Position numbers and translations under genes: made by a program. This document shows, piece after piece, positions 13,240-22,610 of a stretch of 64,000 nt of DNA. The DNA comes from Acidimicrobiia bacterium (GTDB lineage: Bacteria > Actinomycetota > Acidimicrobiia > Spongiisociales > UBA5794): positions 5,411 through 69,410 of the forward strand of contig DASWKR010000058.1 of assembly GCA_036396535.1 (NCBI GenBank), in the 5' to 3' direction. The notes under the pieces were generated by a model. That model searched no databases. It saw only the letters and a list, made by a program, of their open reading frames with translations, and had not been told where the DNA came from. Each line of letters starts with the position of its first letter. Position 1 is the stretch's first letter.

Positions 13240-14274
13240 TCAGGCCGACCTCGCTCGCTGGTACGCATCGAGGTAGCGGAAGAGCACGACCGGCCGGTCG
13301 TAGGCGGCGACCGTGGATGCCGCCCTGGCACGCAATGCCGCCGCAGCGGCATCGTCGGTGAGCAGCCGGGCGATCGCCCGGCCGAGCGCCCCGGCATCGC
13401 CGGGAGGGACGAACTGGGCGCCGTCGCGGGCGACGGCCACGAAGGCGCGCAGCCCGGAGGCGACGACGGCGCAGCCGGCGGCCATTCCTTCGGCGACGGT
13501 GATGCCGAAGCTCTCTCCTCCGAGGTTCGGCAGCGCCATCACGGCAGCCGACCGGAGCACCTCCCGCTTCTCGTCCTCGCCGATCCTGCCGAGGAACTGC
13601 ACGCCCTCCGCGTCGTTCCCCGACGCGCCTGCCACGACGAGCTCCGCATCGGGGACCGTGCTTCGCACGATCGGCCACGCCTCGAGCAGGACCCCCAGGC
13701 CCTTGCGCGGCTCGTCCCTCCCGAGGAACACCACCCTGGCGGCGTGCCGCTCGACGCGTCCTGAGCGATACGCCGCGACGTCGATGGCGTTCGGGATGAT
13801 CTCGGCGGCGATGAGCGACGCCACGGCCTCCGCGGCCAGGTCACTCACGGCCGTGGCGACGTCGATGCGCCCGGCGGTCGCTCGCAGTGCCCTGCCCGAC
13901 AGTCTGAGCGCCCGCCTCACGAGGCGGGACGGGTCGGCGTGGAACGTGCCCACGACGCGGCCGGATGCTCGGACCGCCGCCAGGCCGACGACCGGCATGA
14001 ACGGCTCGTGCACGTGGACGACGTCGGCGCCGGCGACCGCCTCCCGCACGGCGGCGACGACCCTCGGGTCGATGGCGATGGGGGCGATGGATCCGTTGGC
14101 GCGCACCGGCAGCGTCCTCCCCACGAGCCGCGCATCGTTGGGGCCCTCGACGCCGGGTCCGACGAGCCACGCATGGTGGCCCGCTTCCTCGAGCCACGCC
14201 ACGAGCTTGATCGCTTGGTCCTGGACGCCCCCCGGCCTCCCGAGGTCGTACGGGCACACCACGGCGACCCTCAT
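13240..14274 (-). CDS. pimA: GT4-family glycosyltransferase, PimA-like phosphatidylinositol mannosyltransferase
   Basis: The product has a GT-B/GT4 fold with the E-x7-E region near the C-terminus. Its position immediately after pgsA and an LpxL-like acyltransferase is the pgsA1-patA-pimA arrangement known from mycobacteria. ATG 14274 overlaps the upstream stop (ATGA). Confidence 0.8.
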   Translation of the reverse strand: MRVAVVCPYDLGRPGGVQDQAIKLVAWLEEAGHHAWLVGPGVEGPNDARLVGRTLPVRANGSIAPIAIDPRVVAAVREAVAGADVVHVHEPFMPVVGLAAVRASGRVVGTFHADPSRLVRRALRLSGRALRATAGRIDVATAVSDLAAEAVASLIAAEIIPNAIDVAAYRSGRVERHAARVVFLGRDEPRKGLGVLLEAWPIVRSTVPDAELVVAGASGNDAEGVQFLGRIGEDEKREVLRSAAVMALPNLGGESFGITVAEGMAAGCAVVASGLRAFVAVARDGAQFVPPGDAGALGRAIARLLTDDAAAAALRARAASTVAAYDRPVVLFRYLDAYQRARSA

Positions 14275-15155
14275 CCAGGCTCCTCGTCGCTCGGCCAGTT
14301 CGGCACGAAGAGATGCCACTGCTCCGGGGCGACCCGGATGATGCCCTCGAGCGCTGAGGCGAACGCCTTGACACCGCCGGCGATCCGCTCCTCTCGGGTC
14401 GGGGCGTCCGGTATCACGATCGGCTCGTGGATCACGAAATCGTGGCCCTTGCCCTCCTTGAAGTACGACCCGACGGGAAACAGCGCCGCACCGGTCCGCT
14501 CGGCGAGCGCCACCGGCCCGGCCGGCATGGTGGTCTTCTCGCCGAAGAACTCGACCTCGACCCCTCTACCCGTCACGTCGCGATCGGCGACGAGAGCCAC
14601 CGTCCCTCCGTCACCGAGGCGCCGCATGAGGGCTGCGGTGACCTTGGCGCCGGTCGATGCCACCACGACGTCGATGCCGACGGCCCTCCTGCACTCCACG
14701 AACCAGTCGACGATCCGCTGGTTCGAGAGAGCTTCGGCGGCGGCGAGGACCGGGAAGCCGATCGCCTCTGCCTTGGCCCCTGCCGCCTCCCAGTTGCCGA
14801 TGTGCGGCAAGGCGAAGATGACGCCGCGGCCGGCGTCTCTGGCGGCCGTGGCGTGCTCGACGCCCTCGACGTCGGCGTGCTCGACGAACTCCGCCTTGCG
14901 CCGAGGAGTGATCCAGAACAGCTCGGCCCAATACCTCCCGTAGCTGGCGAACATGCGCCTCGACAGCGCGACGACGTCCGCCGACTCGCCGACGACGCGC
15001 CTCAGGTGGCGTTGCACGAGCGCTCTCCGTTTCGGGGCGAGATGCCACAGCAGCCGTCCGAGGGCCTCGCCGCTCCTGCGCATGGCGGGCTCCGGCAGCC
15101 TGCTGAACACGCCGGCGATCGCACGGTACGCCAGGTAGCCGGGAAGATCGCTCAC
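14271..15155 (-). CDS. LpxL/HtrB-family lysophospholipid acyltransferase (PIM acyltransferase PatA-like)
   Basis: The product shows lauroyl/myristoyl acyltransferase family features, including a HIGNWE active-site region. GTG 15155 overlaps the pgsA stop (GTGA). The 53-aa N-terminal extension in the track would run into pgsA. Confidence 0.75.
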   Translation of the reverse strand: MSDLPGYLAYRAIAGVFSRLPEPAMRRSGEALGRLLWHLAPKRRALVQRHLRRVVGESADVVALSRRMFASYGRYWAELFWITPRRKAEFVEHADVEGVEHATAARDAGRGVIFALPHIGNWEAAGAKAEAIGFPVLAAAEALSNQRIVDWFVECRRAVGIDVVVASTGAKVTAALMRRLGDGGTVALVADRDVTGRGVEVEFFGEKTTMPAGPVALAERTGAALFPVGSYFKEGKGHDFVIHEPIVIPDAPTREERIAGGVKAFASALEGIIRVAPEQWHLFVPNWPSDEEPG

Positions 15156-15739
15156 GACGAGAGCTGCTGCCAGGTGTGGATGACCCGTTGGGCGACGGTG
15201 AACGCAGAGAGCACCGCGAAGATCCACAGCATCGGCAGGAGCACGGGCACATCGAGGCCGAAGAGCCCGATGCCGACAAGAGCCAGGATCATGCGCTCCG
15301 CCCGGCCCATCCAACCGCCCCGGCCTTCGGCGCCCCAGCTCTCAGCTTTGGCGCGAACGTACGGGGTGAGGAGCGAGAAGGCCAAGGCGAACATGGTGAG
15401 CATGAGCGCCGTCTCGTCCGTTCGCTGCGAGAACGCCAGGCCGGTCCAGATGGCGGTCTCGCCGAAGCGGTCGGACATCGTGTCCACGAACGCCCCCCGG
15501 ATCGATGCCGTCCCTTGGAGCCTGGCCAGCGGGCCGTCGAGGGCGTCGAGCAGAGTCCCGACGCCGGCCACGATCGCCCCTGAGAAGAACCGCCCGGCCG
15601 CGATGAGGACCGCCCCCGAGACGGCCACGATGAGGCCGGCGAACGTCACCATGGTCGGGGTGAGCTTGGCCCTTGCCAGCCAGGAAGCGACGGGATCGAG
15701 TATCGGTGCGAGCCGGCTGCGGCCCCTCAGGTCGAGCAC
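15152..15739 (-). CDS. pgsA: CDP-alcohol phosphatidyltransferase (phosphatidylinositol phosphate synthase-like)
   Basis: The 195 aa multi-TM protein carries a CDP-OH phosphatidyltransferase motif region (DALDGPLAR...G...D). Confidence 0.8.
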   Translation of the reverse strand: MLDLRGRSRLAPILDPVASWLARAKLTPTMVTFAGLIVAVSGAVLIAAGRFFSGAIVAGVGTLLDALDGPLARLQGTASIRGAFVDTMSDRFGETAIWTGLAFSQRTDETALMLTMFALAFSLLTPYVRAKAESWGAEGRGGWMGRAERMILALVGIGLFGLDVPVLLPMLWIFAVLSAFTVAQRVIHTWQQLSS

Positions 15740-15903
15740 ACGGCCCTCCTTCCGAGGCGGAAACCTACCACGGGCGCACCAGGCGCCTTCGCCCGACCCG
15801 CCCGCCGGCGCCCGATTCGGGCAGGCTCCCCGCAGTCCCGCGCGACCGCCGTGTATACAATCGGCTCAGCACGTTGTCGAGCTGGAGGGAGCGTCACCCG
15901 GCG

Positions 15904-17196
15904 ATGGATCAGGCAAAGGTCACGTTGCAGCTCCCTGACGGCGAACACGACCTCCCCGTCGTCGAGGCCTCCGTGGGCAGTGACGCCATCGACATCTCGC
16001 GGTTGCGCTCGGACACGGGCCTCATCACCTACGACCCGGGCTTCGCCAACACGGCGGAGACCCTCAGCTCGATCACGTACGTGGACGGCGACGCCGGGAC
16101 GCTTCGGCACCGCGGCTACGAGATCGAAGACCTGGCGGTGAGCTGCACCTTCCTGGAGGTGGCGTATCTGCTCCTGTTCGGCGAGCTGCCGAACCGGGCG
16201 CAGCTCGACGAGTGGACGAGGAGCATCCGCAGCCACACGCTCCTCTCCGAGGAGATGAAGCGCTTCTTCGATGCTTTCCCGCGGAGCGCCCACCCGATGG
16301 CGATCCTGTCGTCGGCGACGAACGCCATCTCGACGTTCTACGAGTCGTACCACGACCCGAAGAATCCCGACGGCGTGGGTGAGAGCGCCAAGCGCCTCAT
16401 CGCCAAGATGCCGACGATCGCAGCCTGGGCATACAAGAAGTCGATCGGCCAGCCGTACGTCTATCCGCGCAACGACCTGACGTACGTCGAGAACTTCCTC
16501 CACATGATGTTCGCCCTCCCCGTCGAAGACTTCAAGGTCGACCCGGTCGTCGCCAAGGCCCTCAACGTCCTGCTCATCCTGCACGCCGATCATGGCCAGA
16601 ACTGCTCGACCGCGACGGTGCGGTTCGTAGGGTCGAGCCAGGCGAACCTGTTCGCCTCGGTCGCGGCGGGCATGAACGCCTTGTGGGGACCGCTCCATGG
16701 CGGCGCCAACCAAGCCGTCGTCGAGATGCTCGAAGAGATCCACCTCGACCCCGCCGCCACGGTCGAGAGCGCCATCACCCGGGCCAAGGACAAGGACGAC
16801 CCGTTCCGCCTGATGGGCTTCGGTCACAGGGTCTACAAGAACTACGACCCGAGGGCGAAGATCCTCAAGAAGTTCGCCGACGACGTGCTCGCCACCGTCG
16901 GCGAAGACGACCCGCTCCTCGAGATCGCCAAGAAGCTCGAGTCGACAGCACTCGAGGACGAGTACTTCCACGAGCGGAACCTCTACCCGAACGTCGACTT
17001 CTACTCGGGTCTCATCTTTCGGGCGCTCGGCTTCCCGATGCGCATGTTCACGGTGCTCTTCGCCATCGGGAGACTCCCCGGCTGGATCGCCAACTGGAAG
17101 GAGATGAGCGCCAACCCGGGCAACCGCATCGGCCGTCCCCGCCAGGTGTACACCGGGCCTGTGCAGCGGGACTTCGTTCCGATCGCGGACAGGTAG
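15904..17196 (+). CDS. gltA: citrate synthase (type II)
   Basis: The product from ATG 15904 (MDQAKVTLQLPDGEHDLPV) to the end matches citrate synthase (GFGHRVYKNYDPRA, catalytic His/Asp context). The 77-aa upstream extension in the track is Arg/Pro-rich. Confidence 0.9.
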   Translation: MDQAKVTLQLPDGEHDLPVVEASVGSDAIDISRLRSDTGLITYDPGFANTAETLSSITYVDGDAGTLRHRGYEIEDLAVSCTFLEVAYLLLFGELPNRAQLDEWTRSIRSHTLLSEEMKRFFDAFPRSAHPMAILSSATNAISTFYESYHDPKNPDGVGESAKRLIAKMPTIAAWAYKKSIGQPYVYPRNDLTYVENFLHMMFALPVEDFKVDPVVAKALNVLLILHADHGQNCSTATVRFVGSSQANLFASVAAGMNALWGPLHGGANQAVVEMLEEIHLDPAATVESAITRAKDKDDPFRLMGFGHRVYKNYDPRAKILKKFADDVLATVGEDDPLLEIAKKLESTALEDEYFHERNLYPNVDFYSGLIFRALGFPMRMFTVLFAIGRLPGWIANWKEMSANPGNRIGRPRQVYTGPVQRDFVPIADR

Positions 17197-17209
17197 CCGA
17201 CGGCGCCGG

Positions 17210-17707
17210 TCAGTCGTCGGCTCGCTCGACGATCGCCTCCGTGTACGTCTCGACGACCTCGCCCGACAAGGCGTCGACGCGGACCAGCCCCCGCTTCGTC
17301 GGCGGATCGTCCGCCGAGAACACGAGCACGTTCCACACCGGTCTTGCTCGCCAGCCTTCGAAGCTCATCGCAGCCGAGGCATGCCCGACAGGAAACTCGG
17401 TCGCCCGGTTGGCCGTCTCGAGCGCTCGGTCCTCTCTCACGGCGAGGTGCCATGCGGTGATCGCGTGGTACGCCGCCAGGGCCCCGAGGCCGGCGGCTGC
17501 CACCCCCATCCCGCCGGGGAGCCCCACGGCGATCCCCACCGCGACGAGCAGAGCAGCCCCGAGGTACACCAGGCCTGCGCTTCGCCTCCTGGCAGGCTCG
17601 GGGACTGCGTACGGTCCGTAGACGTCCGAGTCGAGATCCTCCGGCACGGCGGCATCCGCCGCCACGTCGTTCGGGATCTCGAGCCGCGGGATGCGCTTGT
17701 CGGTCAC
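17210..17707 (-). CDS. small two-TM membrane protein with C-terminal soluble domain, translationally coupled to the MMPL transporter
   Basis: GTG 17707 overlaps the MMPL stop (GTGA). Two hydrophobic helices (LVYLGAALLVAVGIAVGLPGG, VAAAGLGALAAYHAITAWHLAV) are followed by an about 70-aa domain (PVWNVLVFSADDPPTKRGLVRVDALSGEVVETYTEAI). No family is recognised. Confidence 0.55.
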   Translation of the reverse strand: MTDKRIPRLEIPNDVAADAAVPEDLDSDVYGPYAVPEPARRRSAGLVYLGAALLVAVGIAVGLPGGMGVAAAGLGALAAYHAITAWHLAVREDRALETANRATEFPVGHASAAMSFEGWRARPVWNVLVFSADDPPTKRGLVRVDALSGEVVETYTEAIVERADD

Positions 17708-20430
17708 GACGCCTCTCGCTGGGGCTCCATCGCCTCGCGGTAGGCGACCTCGTCGAAGGAGCGGGAGCCCTTCTTCTCGTGCCAGCGGTCCCATGTGAAG
17801 AGCATGGCTGGCAGGACCAGGACGGCGGCGAGCAGCGCCAGCAGGATGGTGTAGGCGGTGACGAACCCGAACTGCCGGAACGGGATCGTCGTCGACGTCA
17901 CCAGGATCCCGAAGCCGGCGATGGTCGTGACCGCCGACCCGGCGAGCGCCCCGCCTGTATGGGTCAACGTCGACTTGATCGCATCCGCCGACGACTCGAA
18001 CCGCACCCGCTCCTCCAGGTAGCGGTGCGTGATGTGGATCATGTACGGGATGCCGATGCCGATGGCGAGCGCCGCGATCGTGGCAGTGACCGGCCCGAAC
18101 GGGATGCCGAACAGCACCATGAGGGTGAACGACAGGACGACGACGAGCACGACGGGAAGCGTCGTGATCACTCCCAGCATGGGCCTGCGGGCCTCGTACC
18201 AGAAGTTGGCGACGAGGAGCACGAGGGCGGCCAACAGGGTGAGCAGCAGCGACGACACCTGAGAGTCCCGCAGCGTGGTGACGACGACGTCGCCGATGAT
18301 CTCGTCGGACGTCGCCACGACCGAGAGGCCCTCGCCGGACATCGGAGCGAAGTCTGCGAGCACGTCGTCTCGCAACTGTCCGGCTCCGGCCTCCCCCGCC
18401 TGTGTGGTGACGTCGAAGAGGAGCCCGTCATACGAGTCTCCCGAGCGATTGAGCACGGCAGCCATCCCGTCGGGCGCCGCGGTGTAGGCCGCGTCGTATA
18501 TCGCGGCCACGTCGGCCCCATCGCCGACCGTGAGGTCCTCACCGGCGCCGGCGGCCTCGAGCGCAGCGCCGACGCCCTGGTCGAACGTCGGGGATCCGTC
18601 GGCGGCGAGCGGAGCGATCGCCGCCAGCGGCGAGCTCGCATCCGGCTGTCCCCCGAAGGTCACGACGTTCGGGGTGTCGAGCAGGTTGCCGTTGGCGACG
18701 ACCATGGCGTTCCAGGCATCCACCGTCGCGACGTCGCCCTCGACGAGGACCTGGGTGCTCTCGCCGAAGCCGCCCCCGAAGTCGATGAGGAGGGCCTCGA
18801 ACGTCTGCCGCAATGGTGACGTGGTCGGGATGAAGTCGATGAAGCTGAACCTCGTCTCGAGCTGGGTGACCCCGTACGACCCGATGACCCCGAGGACCAG
18901 GGCAACGACGAGCGTCGGCACTGCCAATCTGGTCGCCAGCCCCGACGTGCTACCGATGACCCGCGGCAAGGTCTTCGACTCACCGCCGACGAGGCTGGCC
19001 CGGTCGAGCCTGTCGCCACGCTCGGCACGCCTGTCGAGCAGCTGGCGGACCGCCGGGACGAACGTGAGCATGAGCAGGAACGAGAACACGATCCCGACTG
19101 CGGCCAGGAGCCCGAACTCCCGGAGCGCCGGCAGGTCGTTGGCGACGTTCGTGAGGAAGCCGACGGCTGTTGTGATCGTGGCAAGGACCAGGGCCACCCC
19201 GACCGTACGCACCGCGGTGGACATGGCGGCGTCGACCGACGCCCCTCTCGATACCTCGTCCCGGTACCGGGTCGTGACGTGGATCGAGTAGTCGACGCCG
19301 AGACCGATGAGCAGGATCGGCAGGATCTGGGTCATCGGGCTGGCGTCCGTGAACATCAGATAACCGACGCCGTTCATCCACTGGATGGCGATCACGATCG
19401 TCACGAACGTCACCACCGTGTCGGCGACCGTTCTACGGAGGCGGTTCGAGGCGACCGACCACACGATGAACGTGGCGACGACGATGAGCGCCACGGAGCC
19501 GAGCAGGGCGTTCGAGTTCCAGTCCTTCCATGCGTCCGGGAATGCGCTGTCGAGCACCGTCGCCAGCGTCGGCAGGATCGAGACGATGGTGGCGGCCACC
19601 ATGGCGACGATTCCGATCCTGATGAGCCACACGTTGCGGGCCCGCCGTGGCGTCACGAGGAAGACGAGGGCGAGGACGAGGAGGATGATGAGGGCGGCGG
19701 TCGCGAAGAGCCGAAGGATCTCCGTCTGGAACTCGTCCTCGTCGGCGAACAGCAACTCGAACGAGAACGGCTGGGCGGAGAAGCCGTCGGGGACCTCCAC
19801 CGCCTCTATGTCTGCGGCGACCTCGGCCGACAGGTCCACGAACGGCTCGATCTCGAGGCGAGCTGCCGCGTTGTGGAAGAGGAGGACGAGACCCGTGTCG
19901 CCGGTCGGCGCCCTGGGGTCGGAGGATGCCGAGAGCAGCTGCGTCATCAGCCCTGCCTGCTCACCCGGCAGCTCTGCGACTGCCGACAGATACGCCTCAC
20001 GCAACTCGTCATCGCTTTCCGGAGCCGGGGACCCCTGGGCGATCGCCTGCTCGACCGGTGAGAGGAAGCTGACGATTCCCGGCTGCTGCGGATCCTGCAC
20101 GAGGTGTTCGGCGAGCGGCCCGGATTCGACTGCCTCTCGGACCGCTCGAACGGTTGCGAACCCCTCCGTGGAGAACAGGTCGGCGCCGTCGGGTGCGCTG
20201 ACGATCACCTGCATCACCCCGACCGACGAATCCTCTCCGAAGAGCTCGGAGATCCGGTCGACGGCCGCCAACTCCGGCGCATCGGGGGCGAACGAGTCGT
20301 TCGAGTCCTCTTCGGGCTGGAACTGGCCTGCAAAGCCTCCGAGAACGGCGGTGAGCACGAGCGTCACCGCGATGACGATCCAGGGGAACTTCCTCACTGC
20401 CGTGGCCAGTCCGTTGACGAGCGTCTTCAA
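17704..20430 (-). CDS. MMPL/RND-superfamily membrane transporter
   Basis: The 908 aa product has 12 TMs in two blocks and large extracytoplasmic loops, as in the MMPL/HpnN family. It starts at TTG 20430, with GGAGGA upstream. Confidence 0.85.
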   Translation of the reverse strand: MKTLVNGLATAVRKFPWIVIAVTLVLTAVLGGFAGQFQPEEDSNDSFAPDAPELAAVDRISELFGEDSSVGVMQVIVSAPDGADLFSTEGFATVRAVREAVESGPLAEHLVQDPQQPGIVSFLSPVEQAIAQGSPAPESDDELREAYLSAVAELPGEQAGLMTQLLSASSDPRAPTGDTGLVLLFHNAAARLEIEPFVDLSAEVAADIEAVEVPDGFSAQPFSFELLFADEDEFQTEILRLFATAALIILLVLALVFLVTPRRARNVWLIRIGIVAMVAATIVSILPTLATVLDSAFPDAWKDWNSNALLGSVALIVVATFIVWSVASNRLRRTVADTVVTFVTIVIAIQWMNGVGYLMFTDASPMTQILPILLIGLGVDYSIHVTTRYRDEVSRGASVDAAMSTAVRTVGVALVLATITTAVGFLTNVANDLPALREFGLLAAVGIVFSFLLMLTFVPAVRQLLDRRAERGDRLDRASLVGGESKTLPRVIGSTSGLATRLAVPTLVVALVLGVIGSYGVTQLETRFSFIDFIPTTSPLRQTFEALLIDFGGGFGESTQVLVEGDVATVDAWNAMVVANGNLLDTPNVVTFGGQPDASSPLAAIAPLAADGSPTFDQGVGAALEAAGAGEDLTVGDGADVAAIYDAAYTAAPDGMAAVLNRSGDSYDGLLFDVTTQAGEAGAGQLRDDVLADFAPMSGEGLSVVATSDEIIGDVVVTTLRDSQVSSLLLTLLAALVLLVANFWYEARRPMLGVITTLPVVLVVVLSFTLMVLFGIPFGPVTATIAALAIGIGIPYMIHITHRYLEERVRFESSADAIKSTLTHTGGALAGSAVTTIAGFGILVTSTTIPFRQFGFVTAYTILLALLAAVLVLPAMLFTWDRWHEKKGSRSFDEVAYREAMEPQREAS

Positions 20431-20497
20431 GAGTCGATTCCTCCGGTTCAGCGGGTGATGAGCCGGGCAGGTTAACGGTGCCTCGGGGTCTACCGGC

Positions 20498-22435
20498 TCA
20501 CCGGGGCGGCTTGCACAGCTCGGTCAGCTCGGCGATGGCTTCGTCGAGCGGAACGCCACGCCGCTCGCTGTCGTCGCCCCGCACACGAACGCCCACCGTG
20601 CCCGCTTCGACGTCCCTGTCGCCGACGACGATCACGGCTGGGTGCTTGGAGGTGATGGCCCGGCGGATCTTCTCACCGACCGTCTCGTCCGACTCGTCGA
20701 CCTCGGTGCGAAGCCCGGCGTCGATCATCCCGGCGGCCACCTCGGAGGCGTACCCGTGGTGGCGGTCGGCGACCGGGACGATCGTCGCCTGGACGGGGGC
20801 GAGCCAGCCCGGGAGGGCGCCTGCATAGTGCTCGATGAGGATCCCGATGAAGCGCTCCAGCGACCCCATCAGGGCGCGGTGGATCATCACCGGTCGCTCC
20901 CGCGAGTTCTCGCCGGTTGCGTACAGCAGGTCGAAGTTGTCCGGCTGCCCGAAGTCGACCTGCAATGTCGAGAGCTGCCAGCGCCGCCCGATGGCGTCGC
21001 GGATGTGAACGTCGATCTTCGGCCCGTAGAAGGCCGCCTCGCCCTCGGCCAACTCATGAGGGATGTCGGCTTTGACGAGCGACTCGCGCAGAGCCTCGGT
21101 TGCCCTGTCCCACATCGCCAGGTCGCCCATCCACTTGTCCGGGTCGCGAGTCGACAGGTCGGCTTCGAATTGGTTGAAGCCGAAGTCCCGCAACACCATG
21201 AGCGTGAAGTCGAGGAGGTTCTGGAGCTCGTCCGGCACCTGCGCCTCCTCGACGAAGATGTGGGCGTCGTCCTGGGTGAAACCGCGCGCCCGCAGCAGCC
21301 CGTGGAGCACACCCGAGCGCTCGTAGCGGTACACGGTGCCCAGCTCGAAGAGGCGGAGCGGCAACTCGCGGTAGCTCCTGCTGCGGCTCCGGTAGATGAG
21401 GATGTGGAACGGGCAGTTCATCGGCTTCATCCGGTACTCGGTCTGCTCGTCGAGCGTCATCCCCGGGTACATGCCATCCGCGTAGAAGTCGAGGTGGCGG
21501 GATGTGTTCCACAGCTCGGCCTTGGCGACGTGGGGCGACGCCACGATCTGGTAGCCGTGAGCGAGGTGGGTCCGCCTGCTGTAGTCCTCGACGGCCTTGC
21601 GCAGCAGCCCGCCCTTTGGATGCCACACGGCCAGTCCTGCGCCGAGCTCGGCCGGGAACGAGAAGAGCTCCTGCTCCACGCCGATCCGCCTGTGGTCGCG
21701 TCGCTCCGCTTCCTCGAGCCGGGCCAGGTGGTCGGCCAGGGCCGCTTGCGACTCCCAGGCCGTGCCATAGATGCGCTGCAGTTGCGGTTTGTTCTCGTCC
21801 CCTCGCCAGTAGGCGCCGGCCGTGCGCAAGAGCTTGACGGCTTCGATGCGTCCGGTGGACGGAAGGTGCGGGCCCCGGCAGAGGTCTACGAAACCGAGGT
21901 TTCGGTACACGGAGACCTCGGAGCTTCCGGCGCCCTCGTCCTCGTCGACGCCTTCGATGATCTCGGTCTTGAACGGCTGGTCGGCGAACACCGCCAGGGC
22001 CTCGTCCTTGGAAAGGACCTGCCGGTGGAACGGCTGGTCCTCCTCGATGATCTCGGCCATGCGACCCTCGATCGCCTCGACGTCCTCGGGTGTGAACGGG
22101 CGGCCGATGTCGAAGTCGTAGTAGAACCCGTCCGTGATCGGCGGCCCGATGGCGAACTTGGCGCCGGGATGAAGATCGAGCACGGCCTGCGCCAGCACAT
22201 GCGCGGCCGAATGCCGGATGACGTGGCGGCCTTCTTCGGAGGACTCGGTGATCACCTCGAATCGGCCGCCGGAAGCGATCTCTGCGGCGAGGTCGAGCAG
22301 GGCGCCGTCGACGGACACCGCCACGGCCGCATCGGCGAGGCGGGGGCCGATGCTGCGCGCCACCGTCAGACCCGTGACACCGTCATCGAAGGCGTGAACG
22401 GATTCGTCCGGGAACGTGAGGTGCACGGGCAACAA
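20498..22435 (-). CDS. thrS: threonine--tRNA ligase
   Basis: The 645 aa product has TGS, the editing domain (HxxxH), the class II core and a C-terminal anticodon-binding domain. Its TTG start is preceded by GGAAGGA. Confidence 0.9.
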   Translation of the reverse strand: MLPVHLTFPDESVHAFDDGVTGLTVARSIGPRLADAAVAVSVDGALLDLAAEIASGGRFEVITESSEEGRHVIRHSAAHVLAQAVLDLHPGAKFAIGPPITDGFYYDFDIGRPFTPEDVEAIEGRMAEIIEEDQPFHRQVLSKDEALAVFADQPFKTEIIEGVDEDEGAGSSEVSVYRNLGFVDLCRGPHLPSTGRIEAVKLLRTAGAYWRGDENKPQLQRIYGTAWESQAALADHLARLEEAERRDHRRIGVEQELFSFPAELGAGLAVWHPKGGLLRKAVEDYSRRTHLAHGYQIVASPHVAKAELWNTSRHLDFYADGMYPGMTLDEQTEYRMKPMNCPFHILIYRSRSRSYRELPLRLFELGTVYRYERSGVLHGLLRARGFTQDDAHIFVEEAQVPDELQNLLDFTLMVLRDFGFNQFEADLSTRDPDKWMGDLAMWDRATEALRESLVKADIPHELAEGEAAFYGPKIDVHIRDAIGRRWQLSTLQVDFGQPDNFDLLYATGENSRERPVMIHRALMGSLERFIGILIEHYAGALPGWLAPVQATIVPVADRHHGYASEVAAGMIDAGLRTEVDESDETVGEKIRRAITSKHPAVIVVGDRDVEAGTVGVRVRGDDSERRGVPLDEAIAELTELCKPPR

Positions 22436-22610
22436 TTCATCCTTCCGGTGAGGCGTCGGCGGCGGCCGGGTCGCTCACAGCCCTTCCGTCGGTGCGGCCG
22501 AGCCGTCTCGCCAAGGCTAGTTGGGGCGGCAGTCGCCCAGGACAAATGCCGCCGCGCCCGACCGGGCCGTGACACAATGAAAACGGAATCGACGAGAGGG
22601 ACTTCACTCC

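Noticed and set aside
22436-22610. Possible T-box leader for thrS
   Set aside because: Only 175 bp are shared with a divergent gene, which is too short for a T-box. No specifier or antiterminator features were seen.
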